Source: Octopus bimaculoides (lineage: Eukaryota). From it: DNA of 50,016 nucleotides. The position numbers and the translations under genes were made by a program. Below, one piece after another: positions 35,550 through 47,320 of this stretch (position 1 is the first letter of the stretch; each line of letters starts with the position of its first letter). The stretch lies in the NCBI RefSeq assembly GCF_001194135.2, contig NC_068981.1, positions 101,056,942 to 101,106,957 on the forward strand, read 5' to 3'. Under the pieces are notes generated by a model. That model did not search any database and was not told the origin of the DNA. It was given only the letters and a program-made list of their open reading frames with translations.

Positions 35550-35834
35550 AAGAGGTGGGTATCAAAAATGCAACGTAAAATATCCCAAAACAGCAAAAGG
35601 TGGGTATCAAAAACATAACGCAAGATATCCAAAAACAGAAAGAGGTGGGTATCAAAAATGCAACGTAAAATATCCAAAAACAGCAAGAGGTGGGTGTCAA
35701 AAACGTAACGTAAGATATCCAAAAACAGAAAGAGGTGGGTATCGAAAATGCAACGTAAAATATCCAAAAACAGCAAGAGGTGGGTGTCAAAAACGTAACG
35801 TAAGATATCCAAAAACAGAAAGAGGTGGGTATCA
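35550..35834. repeat. 45-bp tandem array with alternating A/B units (90-bp higher-order repeat), running into a gap
   Basis: A: AAGAGGTGGGTATCAAAAATGCAACGTAAAATATCCAAAAACAGC; B: AAGAGGTGGGTGTCAAAAACGTAACGTAAGATATCCAAAAACAGA; six units plus a partial. Confidence 0.95.
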
Positions 35835-36424
35835 NNNNNNNNNNNNNNNNNNNNNNNNNNNNNNNNNNNNNNNNNNNNNNNNNNNNNNNNNNNNNNNNNN
35901 NNNNNNNNNNNNNNNNNNNNNNNNNNNNNNNNNNNNNNNNNNNNNNNNNNNNNNNNNNNNNNNNNNNNNNNNNNNNNNNNNNNNNNNNNNNNNNNNNNNN
36001 NNNNNNNNNNNNNNNNNNNNNNNNNNNNNNNNNNNNNNNNNNNNNNNNNNNNNNNNNNNNNNNNNNNNNNNNNNNNNNNNNNNNNNNNNNNNNNNNNNNN
36101 NNNNNNNNNNNNNNNNNNNNNNNNNNNNNNNNNNNNNNNNNNNNNNNNNNNNNNNNNNNNNNNNNNNNNNNNNNNNNNNNNNNNNNNNNNNNNNNNNNNN
36201 NNNNNNNNNNNNNNNNNNNNNNNNNNNNNNNNNNNNNNNNNNNNNNNNNNNNNNNNNNNNNNNNNNNNNNNNNNNNNNNNNNNNNNNNNNNNNNNNNNNN
36301 NNNNNNNNNNNNNNNNNNNNNNNNNNNNNNNNNNNNNNNNNNNNNNNNNNNNNNNNNNNNNNNNNNNNNNNNNNNNNNNNNNNNNNNNNNNNNNNNNNNN
36401 NNNNNNNNNNNNNNNNNNNNNNNN

Positions 36425-36467
<43 letters not shown>

Positions 36468-36579
36468 AAATAAACATACAGTCAAACAGTCAGAGAAAGT
36501 GGGAGAGTATATGAATGAATGTGCAATAGTGTGATTAAAAGGGCGATAGATATGTAGACAGGATGACAGGGGGTGCAGA

Positions 36580-36671
36580 GAAGAAGAAGAAGAAGAAGAA
36601 GAAGAAGAAGAAGAAGAAGAAGAAGAAGAAGAAGAAGAAGAAGAAGAAGAAGATAAAAAAGAAGAAGAAGA

Positions 36672-36702
<31 letters not shown>

Positions 36703-36758
36703 AGAAAAAGAAAGGGTGTGGAAATATCCTACCAGAATGTATGAGTGCTTATTTGTTG

Positions 36759-36837
<79 letters not shown>

Positions 36838-36880
36838 TAGATAGATTGAGAGAGAGAGAGAGAGAGAGAGTAAGAGAGAG
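36580..36880. repeat. (GAA)n-(GA)n and (GATA)n-(GACA)n-(GA)n microsatellites
   Basis: Visible directly. Confidence 0.95.
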
Positions 36881-39161
36881 AAAGACCCCGTTCTCTATTC
36901 AAATGACGTTGGATAACATATTTATTGAAATATCGAAGCACTCAAGATGCTTTCATCACTTGTACGGGAATGCAAGAGAAGATGAAAAGATGATTGAGGA
37001 GATGGTAAGGTAAATTAAACATCCTATACAGTCGATAACTGTGGTTACTAACCAACGAAAGATCCTCTCAAAATACTAGAAATAGCAACCAAAGCTTTCT
37101 TCGAATTACACTCAAGGAAGGACAAGATATATTATGCTTGTCTAAAAGACGCGATGAAACGCTTTTCATGGTGCCAATTTATCGGAAACAGCTGATCGAA
37201 ATAAACTAATCGAAAACATTTGTTCGAAAACACAACTGATGGAAATAGTAAATACCCAAATTATAAACTAATCTAGTTATAAAAAGATATTCAAAATATG
37301 GAAAATTGGTTAAAAGAAAATTACATCGTCATGTACGCTACCTTTTCATCTCTGATTAAACCAACCACGAAAACAAGGAAGAAAAATACCATTCCCCAAC
37401 TTGACACCAAAGAAATCAGTGCAGAGGACCGAATAATCTCCGATGCGGTTGGTTTAAAGGTTGAATGGTCATCATTTTGTATCTTTACATTCGCACTATC
37501 TTGTGTTCATGACAAAGACACTTGCTCAACCATACTGGTTAACTCTATCTTGAAGTAAAAAAGCGTCGGTAAGTAGTATTGACACAAGTAATAAGATGAA
37601 TACATTACATAAAAGGCACGTTTGAATATTATGAAAAACCCTTTAGAGGAAATGAATGAATTAAATTTATGTTCAAATATATTTTTCCAGGGGCAATATT
37701 TTAGAACCCTTCTACATTTCTAGTTCTTCTCGAGACCATGTTTTCTGAACCCCACTGACTTCACCTAAAAGGTTTACCATTTGTCAAGAATCAATATAAT
37801 ACATAGGGCTAATTCAACTGGTGATTTTGTCTGCCTTTATAAAAATTATTCTAATTAAAACTTTAGATTCGAAATCTAGCAGCTACTAGAAACAGTTCAG
37901 CATCGGACTTGATGTGTCGTTGGACAACCGGATCGCGATGTCTTGCTTTATAATTAAAATGTAACCGGGATTGGATTAGTTTGTACTCTCTGAGTCTGGA
38001 GAAGAGATAAATAATATTCAGTAATATACTTGGTTATTATACATAATATCATATTGAGTGCAACATTTAAGTGCTCGACAAATGGAAATAGTAAAAAGGA
38101 GCTAATTTTGATACTTCCTTGTTAACCTTACTTTTCGCTTTTGTCGTTAAAACTCAAGAAAAAAAAGACTGAACTTAATATATTCTCATTTCATTTTCTC
38201 TTGTACATCAGAGGCCTTGTTGCAGTTTAAGCAATCCCAATGACACTATATTAATTGAAGTGAATTTCCAATCAACAAAACTGAAAAAAAATTTTTTTTA
38301 AAGATAGAACGAAAATTTATTTTATTTTCTATTAGATTCGTCGTGGGGTTATTACTGGAAAATATTATATCAGCCACATATCGCGATAGCTGGTCAGTAC
38401 TTAGGTTAAATCGCGTTGATTTGAGTCTTAATGAAGTGATTGATAGATGGTAACTTGAACCAGAAGCCTGCAAAAAAGTCAACAAGAGAATAATTAGTGT
38501 AAAATATCATGGCATAGCAGAACAAATATTCCGGGGTATTTTGTTAACCTTTAATACAACTGCGAATCAATAAAAGATTATAATGAAAAAAGAATGAAAA
38601 ATGTGAAATAGTAAAAATGATGTGTGAGAGTTTATACACAGAGAGAAGAGTAACATCTATCAAGGAATTTCTAATAGGGAATCACTTACATGTTTATCTA
38701 ACATGCAAAACTTTGTAATTCCTATTGGCAAATGAAAAACGTGTTATGGTGAATAAATAATACGAAAAAATTTCCAATTTTCTATTTTATTATATATATA
38801 TATATATATATATATANNNNNNNNNNNNNNNNNNNNNNNNNNNNNNNNNNNNNNNNNNNNNNNNNNNNNNNNNNNNNNNNNNNNNNNNNNNNNNNNNNNN
38901 NNNNNNNNNNNNNNNNNNNNNNNNNNNNNNNNNNNNNNNNNNNNNNNNNNNNNNNNNNNNNNNNNNNNNNNNNNNNNNNNNNNNNNNNNNNNNNNNNNNN
39001 NNNNNNNNNNNNNNNNNNNNNNNNNNNNNNNNNNNNNNNNATATATATATTAAAGTACAGATGAGGATATATAAACTTCAGAGGGACAGAAATATCCAAG
39101 ATTAGACTGGTTGAATATCTTATAATATATGCACACACATATATTATTATTATTATTATAA

Positions 39162-39346
39162 AAACCAAGAGAGAAGATGGCGATAAGATTAATAAAAATT
39201 TTGGTTTATAATAATTAACCAAATTGATTTAATTGAATTAAATTTGATTGATTTTATACTATAAGCGATTAATTGAAACAATTGTAGGTCTTATCAATGT
39301 ATTAATAACTTTTTATTAATCTTATCTCCATCTTCTCTCTTGGTTT
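39162..39346. repeat. 37-bp inverted repeat pair (36/37) with 111-bp AT-rich spacer; possible MITE
   Basis: AAACCAAGAGAGAAGATGGCGATAAGATTAATAAAAA (39162-39198) vs reverse complement of 39310-39346. Confidence 0.7.
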
Positions 39347-40539
39347 ATATATATATACATAATGTTTATGTATGCGTGTTATAAAAGTCTATATATTCGA
39401 AAAAAAAGAAGACATACATATTTCTATCGACAATACACAAGGTTAGTTATAAAAATCAAGTAAAATGGTTCATATTGGGACAAGAAATGAGTGCTGCAGG
39501 CAATATTCATTCAACTGGTGTTATTTCTATTCTACTGTGATGGTCAACAATTTACAAACACAATTTTAGTAAAAGTGTATTTACAATGCATTCTTTTTGA
39601 ACACAGAGAAACATACTCGGCCTCCTTTTTACATCGTAATTCAAAACGACTGTTCCAAACAAAAAGTCAATCTAACAATGAAACAGCAAACTGTTAAACA
39701 AAGTATCTTGCTTTTTGATTTTGTTGTTTCTTTTTTTTTTTAAATAGCGGGGTAGGTGATGATTGCATTTACATTTAGCAGACAATGATTATCCAGAAAG
39801 CCTGTTTCATTCCGGGTTGTAATTCGATTAAGCATCGTGATATGAACATGCCGTGGACAAGTCTTGTACAGCCCCTTTTTCTATGCCCTGTCGCATTTAG
39901 TTATATTTGAGAATTGCCGTAGCTGTCTGCTTTGCCTGGAAGCAATGATCTCTGTACCTCAGCCGGCGTCTTTATTAAGCTGTTAAGCTCAATCTTTTTC
40001 TCTTCTTTTTTTTTTTTTTGTCTTTTCCTTACCGGATGTAAATTAACTTCTGTGTGAGAGCAACAGCTAACTAACGAAAACCGAGAGATAGATCTTAGTG
40101 AGGAGAGGAAAGGTGCCGTGGAGGAAGTATCATTAGTAAGAATAAAGGAAAAACAAAAGCAAATAGAAAAGAAATTATAAATGGATAAAGTGAAAGACAA
40201 TACTGTTAAACTTAAGGAAATCTGATAGGGGTTCAGGAAGACATGGAACTAAAGTGTTGGACATGGAAGTTGTCAGAATAAACTATGGCGTATTTGAACA
40301 AATGTTGCGTGTGCCTTGGAGCAAGAGCTAAGTTTCCAGGAACTACAACCTATGATTTAGTTTCAATTCTCGGTTAAAGTTAATCCGGTTCATTTAAGCT
40401 TTTAATTTATTTTTGAAAAGGCATTAAGACTGCGCCATCTCATCTCCTTTTAAATTTGTTGTTACATGCTCAAGTAAGAAAAGGGATCTAGATATTTAAG
40501 TGAATGGATACCTTCTGTTTCATGATAATATGTAAATAT

Positions 40540-40755
40540 TGATTTCAAATTTTGGCACAAGGCCAGCAAGGAGGAAGGGGGTAAATCGATTACATCGGCT
40601 CCAGTGGTCAACAGGTACTTATTTTATCGACTCCGAGAGGATGAAAGACAAAGTCGACCACGGCCGAATTTGAACTGAGAACATAAAGACGACCGAAATG
40701 CTGCTAAGCATTTTGTCCGGTGTGCTGACGATTCTACCAGCTCGCCACCTTATAG
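40540..40755 (-). mobile_element. SINE family A with 11-bp TSD
   Basis: TATGTAAATAT at 40529-40539 and 40756-40766. Confidence 0.92.
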
Positions 40756-40869
40756 TATGTAAATATCAATACAAGCACAACATCGATTTTTCGACACCTT
40801 TGGTTCCAAATAAGGAAATGAAATACAAGTTCCTGTATATTAGAATTAATACACGAGATTATTAATATT

Positions 40870-41067
40870 CATTTCTACTCTAGGCACAAGGCCCGAAATT
40901 TTTGAGGAGAGGAGCAGTCGATTAGATCGACCCTAGTACGCAACTGGTACTTAATTTATCGACCCCGAAAGGATGAAAGGCAGGATTTGAGCTCAGAACA
41001 TAAAGACAGACGAAATACGCTAAGCATTTCGCCCGGCGTGCTAACGTTTCTGCCAGCTCGTCGCCTT
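40870..41067 (-). mobile_element. SINE family A with 15-bp TSD and small internal deletion
   Basis: GAGATTATTAATATT at 40855-40869 and 41068-41082. Confidence 0.95.
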
Positions 41068-42051
41068 GAGATTATTAATATTATACTGTGTAAGATGCTA
41101 GTCTGTGCAAGGTAGCAGTAAACTAGTCTGGCGGTTGCAGGAATTTGAAGTTACTGCTCGTAAATTAGTACATACTATGAAAGGCTATGGACCCTCAGTG
41201 TCCGGAACCTCTTATAAGAACTAATTAGAATGAAGTCAATCCTTAAAAAATTAAACAATTGCACGATCACAATATTTATATTGATTTCTACCTATTCTAA
41301 TACAATAGTTTCTCCAGGACCATGGTTTGTTGCACTAATTATTCTCTCGCTGATTTTTTTGTTCTTGCTTTAGCAATTTTATAAATTGGAAAGCAAAAGT
41401 CTCACTAAGCATTTAATAGTAACGTAAACAAACAAACAAACAATAAAATACGATGTTGTTTGCATTTCACTTCATTTAATAACACTGGGGAACAAATTTT
41501 AAAAGAGTGTAATTATAATTTAATGATTGCAAAAAGGTTTCTTAGTAAATTCTAAGATTGTTATTATTGTTTGTGGAGCCGCGTGGATTAATGTTGAACT
41601 CATGATCATAAGATTGTGGTTTCGATTTCCAGGACTGAGCGATGCATTGTGTTCTTGAGCAAAACACTTCATTTCCCGTTGGTCTAGTTCACTCAGCTGG
41701 CAAAAACGACAAATCCTGCGTCCAGGTATCGATGATCCCTAGTTGCATTGTAAATATTCGGGTTTTGAGACAAGAATAATTAAGGCAGCTTTGACTATCA
41801 TTCCAAAGTACATACTTGATACAATGTTGAATTCGTTCCGCATCACATGTTGGTGATGTTGTTTAGTCTCGGGTCAAATCTAAGAGAGCAGACGCATGGT
41901 CAAAGATATTCCAGTCAGCTTGCCTTTAATTCACACATCATAACATTAACTACATTATTATGTCGGTCCTTCTTGTCATTTTTAAGAAGGTAGGCTATGA
42001 CTTGAAAGGAATTCTGCTGCTATTTCTAACATTACGAAAGACCAGGTAGAG

Positions 42052-42380
42052 CAGCGGTTCTCAACTATTTTTTTTATTATGGACGCCTTTGATTACTATT
42101 TTGTTCTGGTGGACTTCCATGGCCGTTCGATGTTTAAGCACTAGTTTTATAGAAGCTTTCAGAATTTCTGCTTAGCTTTTCACTTGGATAGTTCGAACTT
42201 TGTAAAATGTTAGAGAAAGAAATCTAGCTGTTTCTTGCCATAATTACATTTAAAGCAAATTTTTTCGTGAACACTTAATATACTACTGTGGGTCTCCCAT
42301 TTACTATTTTGCTTGCATGAACCGCTAAAAATCTTATATGGAACCCCAGGGGCCCTATGGACCCCGGTTGAGAGCTACTG
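42052..42380. mobile_element. hAT (Charlie-like) MITE, 329 bp
   Basis: CAGCGGTTCTCAAC ... GGACCCCGGTTGAGAGCTACTG termini resemble CAGTGGTTCTCAAC-type TIRs; 8-bp TSD not evident. Confidence 0.7.
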
Positions 42381-42534
42381 AGACACAAGCTGCCCCATTC
42401 ACACGACATCAGATGTAATGCAATTTTAAGCGTTATGAATATTTTAACTTTAGGATATAAATGATTGTCACAGCTTCACTACATTTTTCTAAGTATATAT
42501 GATATGTGTGTGTATGAGTGTGTGCGTACATACT

Positions 42535-42950
42535 CAAGAGTGGCTGTGTGGTAAGTAGCTTGCTTACCAACCACATGGTTCCGGGATCAGTCCCACTGCG
42601 TGGCACCTTGGGCAAGTGTCTTCTACTATAGCCTCGGGCCGACCAAAGCCTTGTGAGTGGATTTGGTAGACGGAAACTGAAAGAAGCCCGTCGTATATAT
42701 GTATATATATATGTATATATATATATATATATGTTTGTGTGTCTGTGTTTGTCCCCCCACCATCGCTTGACAACCGATGCTGGTGTGTTTACGTCCCCGT
42801 AACTTAGCGGCTCAGCAAAAAGAGACCAATATAATAAGTACTAGGCTTACAAAGAATAAGTCCTGGGGTCGATTTTCTTGACTAAAGGCGGTGCTCCAGC
42901 CTGGCCGCAGTCAAATGACTGAAACAAGTAAAAGAGTAAAAGAGTAAAAG
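42535..42950 (+). mobile_element. Full-length tRNA-derived SINE family D with internal (TA/TATG) microsatellite and (GTAAAAGA)n tail
   Basis: TGGCTGTGTGGTAAG (A box), GGGATCAGTCCC (B-box-like), CCTTGGGCAAGTG, microsatellite at about 42694-42740, tail matches 1-90. Confidence 0.9.
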
Positions 42951-43538
42951 GGTATACGTAAACACATACATACAAACACCAGACACACGTGTATATATAT
43001 GTATATATATTCACACACACGTATATACATATATACACGCGCGTGTGGGTGTATGTATACATACGCATACATACACCCACACACGATACATATATAGTGA
43101 ACAGAATTAGATATCGACAGGAAATAATAAGAAAAGAAAAAAAGAAAAAATACACGTTAATTACCAAGGAACGAAATAGTCGTAGAAAGTTCATTTTCCA
43201 ACCGAAATGCCTAATTAACACCAGACCAAACATATGTATTTCCGTCTGCCGTAACAACAGATAGAAAAACAAAATGGCGGAATTCACAAAATATAAACAA
43301 AAAGTAAACTAATCTGAAAATAGAGGAGTAGATGTTTACAAGATAACAAACAAGTAATACAATTAGATAAATAAGGCAAACATATATTGATAGATCGTCT
43401 GCCAGGTGTGAAAGTGTAGTGTTATGGTGTCTCCTTTCAACAAAGTCAAAGAAGCTCCTTAAAGATCAGCTATTTTTGTAAAGCACCTCCCATCTACATA
43501 ACACGTCGAAACCAAGTTCGCATAACACGAGAGCAATT

Positions 43539-43585
<47 letters not shown>

Positions 43586-44097
43586 NNNNNNNNNNNNNNN
43601 NNNNNNNNNNNNNNNNNNNNNNNNNNNNNNNNNNNNNNNNNNNNNNNNNNNNNNNNNNNNNNNNNNNNNNNNNNNNNNNNNNNNNNNNNNNNNNNNNNNN
43701 NNNNNNNNNNNNNNNNNNNNNNNNNNNNNNNNNNNNNNNNNNNNNNNNNNNNNNNNNNNNNNNNNNNNNNNNNNNNNNNNNNNNNNNNNNNNNNNNNNNN
43801 NNNNNNNNNNNNNNNNNNNNNNNNNNNNNNNNNNNNNNNNNNNNNNNNNNNNNNNNNNNNNNNNNNNNNNNNNNNNNNNNNNNNNNNNNNNNNNNNNNNN
43901 NNNNNNNNNNNNNNNNNNNNNNNNNNNNNNNNNNNNNNNNNNNNNNNNNNNNNNNNNNNNNNNNNNNNNNNNNNNNNNNNNNNNNNNNNNNNNNNNNNNN
44001 NNNNNNNNNNNNNNNNNNNNNNNNNNNNNNNNNNNNNNNNTATATATATATATATATGTATATTACGTGTGTGTATTGTTTATATATATATGAATGC

Positions 44098-44131
<34 letters not shown>

Positions 44132-44221
44132 GTATATGTGGGTGGGTGTATACACACACACACATAGTCATGTACAAGTATATCATTGCTTCATCTTTTA
44201 ATTCATTATTGTAAAGTTAAT

Positions 44222-44310
44222 GTTCACTGGAACTCCAAGTTTCGCGTGACGGCTCATTCAACCTGACAAGTTGAATAAGCCGTAAAGAGAAACTTGAAGT
44301 CCCAATCAAC
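44222..44310. repeat. Second 89-bp palindrome (41-bp arms, 7-nt loop), more degenerate
   Basis: 44222-44262 vs 44270-44310 match 33/41; arms contain GAAACTTGAAGTC / GAAACTTGGAGTT. Confidence 0.8.
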
Positions 44311-44606
44311 ACGAAATTTACAATGAATGTGCCTCTACACTTACTGAGTCACCCTACTAGTAAATATTCCATTCTTACTTTTACTTTAGTTTTAAAATAA
44401 TAATCTTAATTTAATATTTTCTATCCATTTATCTGCGTGTCTATACGTATACAGAGACACACGCATACATATAGCTTATATATAAATAAGCAATAGATCC
44501 AACGCTTCTTTTGCTCCTTCCCACGTGAATGATTGATACTAACCATTCAAGTTATGCACTAAGATGTTCGACTGCCTGTGAGTTATTCGGGATACCATCG
44601 CTCCAA

Positions 44607-46761
44607 TCTATACGTATATAAATAACAGTCTGTTTGGATGTCTGTTTGTTAGTGTCAATTTGCCGTCTACATCGGTTAACGAATCTTCGCGAAACTTTTT
44701 ATACATGTTATACCAACAACCAGTTTGTTACTAGGCTCATTGCAGTTTAATAAAAATCTATAATCCCTAGAAGGGATCCAGATATAATCCATCTATTTTC
44801 CTTTAATAGTCAAGGGGAAATAACCCACCCATTCATTTTTCTTTATTTTTCTCTTTTGCACATTGGTCATTTCTCCCTTCATTTATAAGAGAAGCAATAT
44901 CATTAGAGTGACCGCTTACCAGTGATTAGGTTGTATAAATACGTGTGCGGCAAAAATAAAAATAAACTTTAGGGGTACGTAAATTACATGAGTAGATCAT
45001 TTCCAGAATATTTTTAGAACTTTTTTTTTCTTGAAAAAGGGCGTACAAAACGTTAACATTCGTACCGGAAGTTGACTCATTTAGATAACGGCTTAAACAT
45101 AATAAAACTGACTTTTATTTATGCTGGACGGTATAATGTTTACTTTTTCCGTATAAATTTACTAAAACCATTAAATGGTTAACTACTTTTCGAAGTCTGA
45201 TGTTCATGCTGGTAATCACAGTCCGGGTCATATTTTACATTGCTTGCAGTTTATACATATCGCAATGGAGCATCATTGACATACATAGTGATATGGATAT
45301 TCCTCACTGAAAAGAAAAATGTAATGATATGGATAATGTTAATTGTATGTTTTTATTTTTGTCTGTTTATTACTAAGCACAGCTTTAAATTTGTCCTACT
45401 GTTTATGCCAATTTCGAACATTGGCTTCATTAACATTAAAATACCTTCTGGCAGGTCTATTATCATGTTCAAATGCATTTTCAACATATTTAATGTCTTC
45501 TTTGCAGTAAACGATTCATAAGTTCTGCCAATACTGACAATAACGGTAATGACGAATGTTTAAGTTTGCTTGACATTTTAGAAGTGTGAAAGGGATTAAA
45601 ATTTCGATATTCCGTATCAAAGGTTCCCACAAGAATAGGCGGAAATCAGAACTTGAGACAAGGAGACGCTTTCGACCAATCAGAATTCTGTTTACATAAT
45701 CAGTTTGATCGATCACCTTCCTCTGTCGATTGAGTAAAACGTTATCCAAGTTTATGTTTATTGGTAATTAAATTTAATTTGCAACATCTCTGCGTATTTA
45801 TCAGCTTTGTTTTTGTTGATAATTTTTATCAACAACTTTTCCTGTGATCATGATTTGAGAAGACATACAGCAGTATACTAAAGATCGAATATAATCTCTT
45901 GTGGGCAAGAAATGTAAAATAAAGTTTATTATAAACAACACAAACACTTTGTAATTTAATAGCTTTCAATGTGAAACCTGTTAAAATTATTTTTATTTAA
46001 TGAAAATTCAACAAAATCTAATCATAAGTAAGTGAAATTATGCTAAATACAACTAATTTGAAATCCTTTTTCCCCTCGCCATATCGGCAATTCTGAAAAC
46101 ATTTGGGTGCGAATTTTACACACGAGAAGAAGCTTTTTTTAACAAATTTTATCCTGAAAATCACCTGCGTAAATTAAACAGGTGCACAAATTACATGGCT
46201 TTATATGGTATTTGAACTATTAGGGTTATTTTCGCACTTTACCCAGAACAACCTTTAAACAAGTAAATAGTATTTTTCCTAACAACAGATCCACTTATTT
46301 CGGTTAGTGACTTATTCACCAATATACCATGAATGACGATGCCTTTCATGTCACTTCAGCCAAATTACAGACGCTGCATGAAGAACTTTTCAGACTTACT
46401 TTGAATTGTTATTATCTCATTTTGGTATACATATCTGATTGGTATTTCCTTCTAAGTTCTATATACTCTTGGAACGCATTAAAGCCTTTTTCAAGGCTAC
46501 TTTATTTGAATTCTTACTATCTGGTAACTAATTTCATGTTATCACGTAACTGACTTCACGATTTTGGTATTCATAACTTATTGGGATTTCCTAAAAACAA
46601 GATCCTGCGTTAGACGGTTCGGTATTCTCTGTAATTGCACAAAAAACCGTTTTAAGGGCTACATACTTTGTATTGTTGCTATTGGATTAGCGAAACAATT
46701 ATGAGAACGGGACCAGGGGATAGGCCTCGCTTTTCCGAGAATTACCGGGTACGTCAGCTAG
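44607..46761 (+). mobile_element. Probable non-autonomous Helitron-type element
   Basis: A|TCTATACGTATATAAA..GTCTGTTTG start and ..CCGGGTACGTCAGCTAG|T end give the A|TC..CTAG|T signature; subterminal hairpin is degenerate; the two ends could belong to separate copies. Confidence 0.55.
45360..46208 (-). mobile_element. 5' part of a pogo-like transposon with Brinker-type HTH remnant
   Basis: YVENAFEHDNRPARRYFNVNEANVRNWHKQ at 45399-45488; TA|CCATATAAAGCCATGTAATTTGTGCACC terminus at 46208-46210; opposite end not resolved. Confidence 0.6.
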
Positions 46762-47019
46762 TTAAATATAATGACAAGGACATACACGCTCTACAGCATT
46801 ACTTCTCATAATAAAAGTTTTAAGAAGAAGCTGAAATATGCTCATTGATGAATAAATAAAATTTATTTTAAAACTAGTCTTATTTTGTATATTTCAAAAA
46901 AATTAGAATTAAAATCTGCGTCTATTTTTTGTTTTTTTTTGTTTTTAGTATTCTTTTTGTAATGGATTGGACTAAATGAATGACCTGAACCCAGGACCTG
47001 TGAGCTTCTTTGAAACCGA

Positions 47020-47320
47020 AAATATTCGTCCTTGAGTAACTGCAAGTTGCCAGCTTTAAAGAAAATATGGGTAGAGAAGAAATTCCAATGTGTTGGGACT
47101 CTGGCTAAGAAGGACTGGGCGTAGTGGTTAGAGTAGAACCTAATGTAGACCCAACATGGGTGATGAGAAGAGAAAAAGTGGGTTGAATTTGAGATGAGAT
47201 TAGATGAGAAGATCATCCAGCACCGGTTGGAGCTAAGACCACTGTAATAGTAGCTGAAGAGGCAGTGAGGTTACCAAACATTTGTGAGCTAGAGGCTAGA
47301 GTGTACTGGTGAGTGAAGAT
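47020..47320 (-). pseudogene. CR1/Jockey-group LINE ORF2 C-terminal remnant
   Basis: LTSTL*PLAHK..FSYYYSG..HP..V..HYAQSFLARVPTHWN..IF..NLQLLK. Confidence 0.6.

Noticed and set aside
35550-35834. Possible CRISPR array
   Set aside because: Units are contiguous with no unique spacers, there are no cas genes, and the context is eukaryotic
37380-40200. Further minus-strand splice-like signals (acceptors near 38468, 38282, 37552 and 39650; donor near 40030)
   Set aside because: Putative exons have stops, are very short or give unrecognisable peptides; T-rich AG sites are common by chance in this DNA
3574-44186. Long ORFs of 150-385 aa in the ORF track (for example 19622-20779, 35495-36469, 43494-44186)
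   Set aside because: They are open only because of N runs and di- or trinucleotide repeats; the exception is the mariner ORF, treated separately
44256-44276. RYYYAAC..GTTRRRY integron attC-like boxes
   Set aside because: Spacer is only 7 nt; the pattern follows from the palindrome; no integrase
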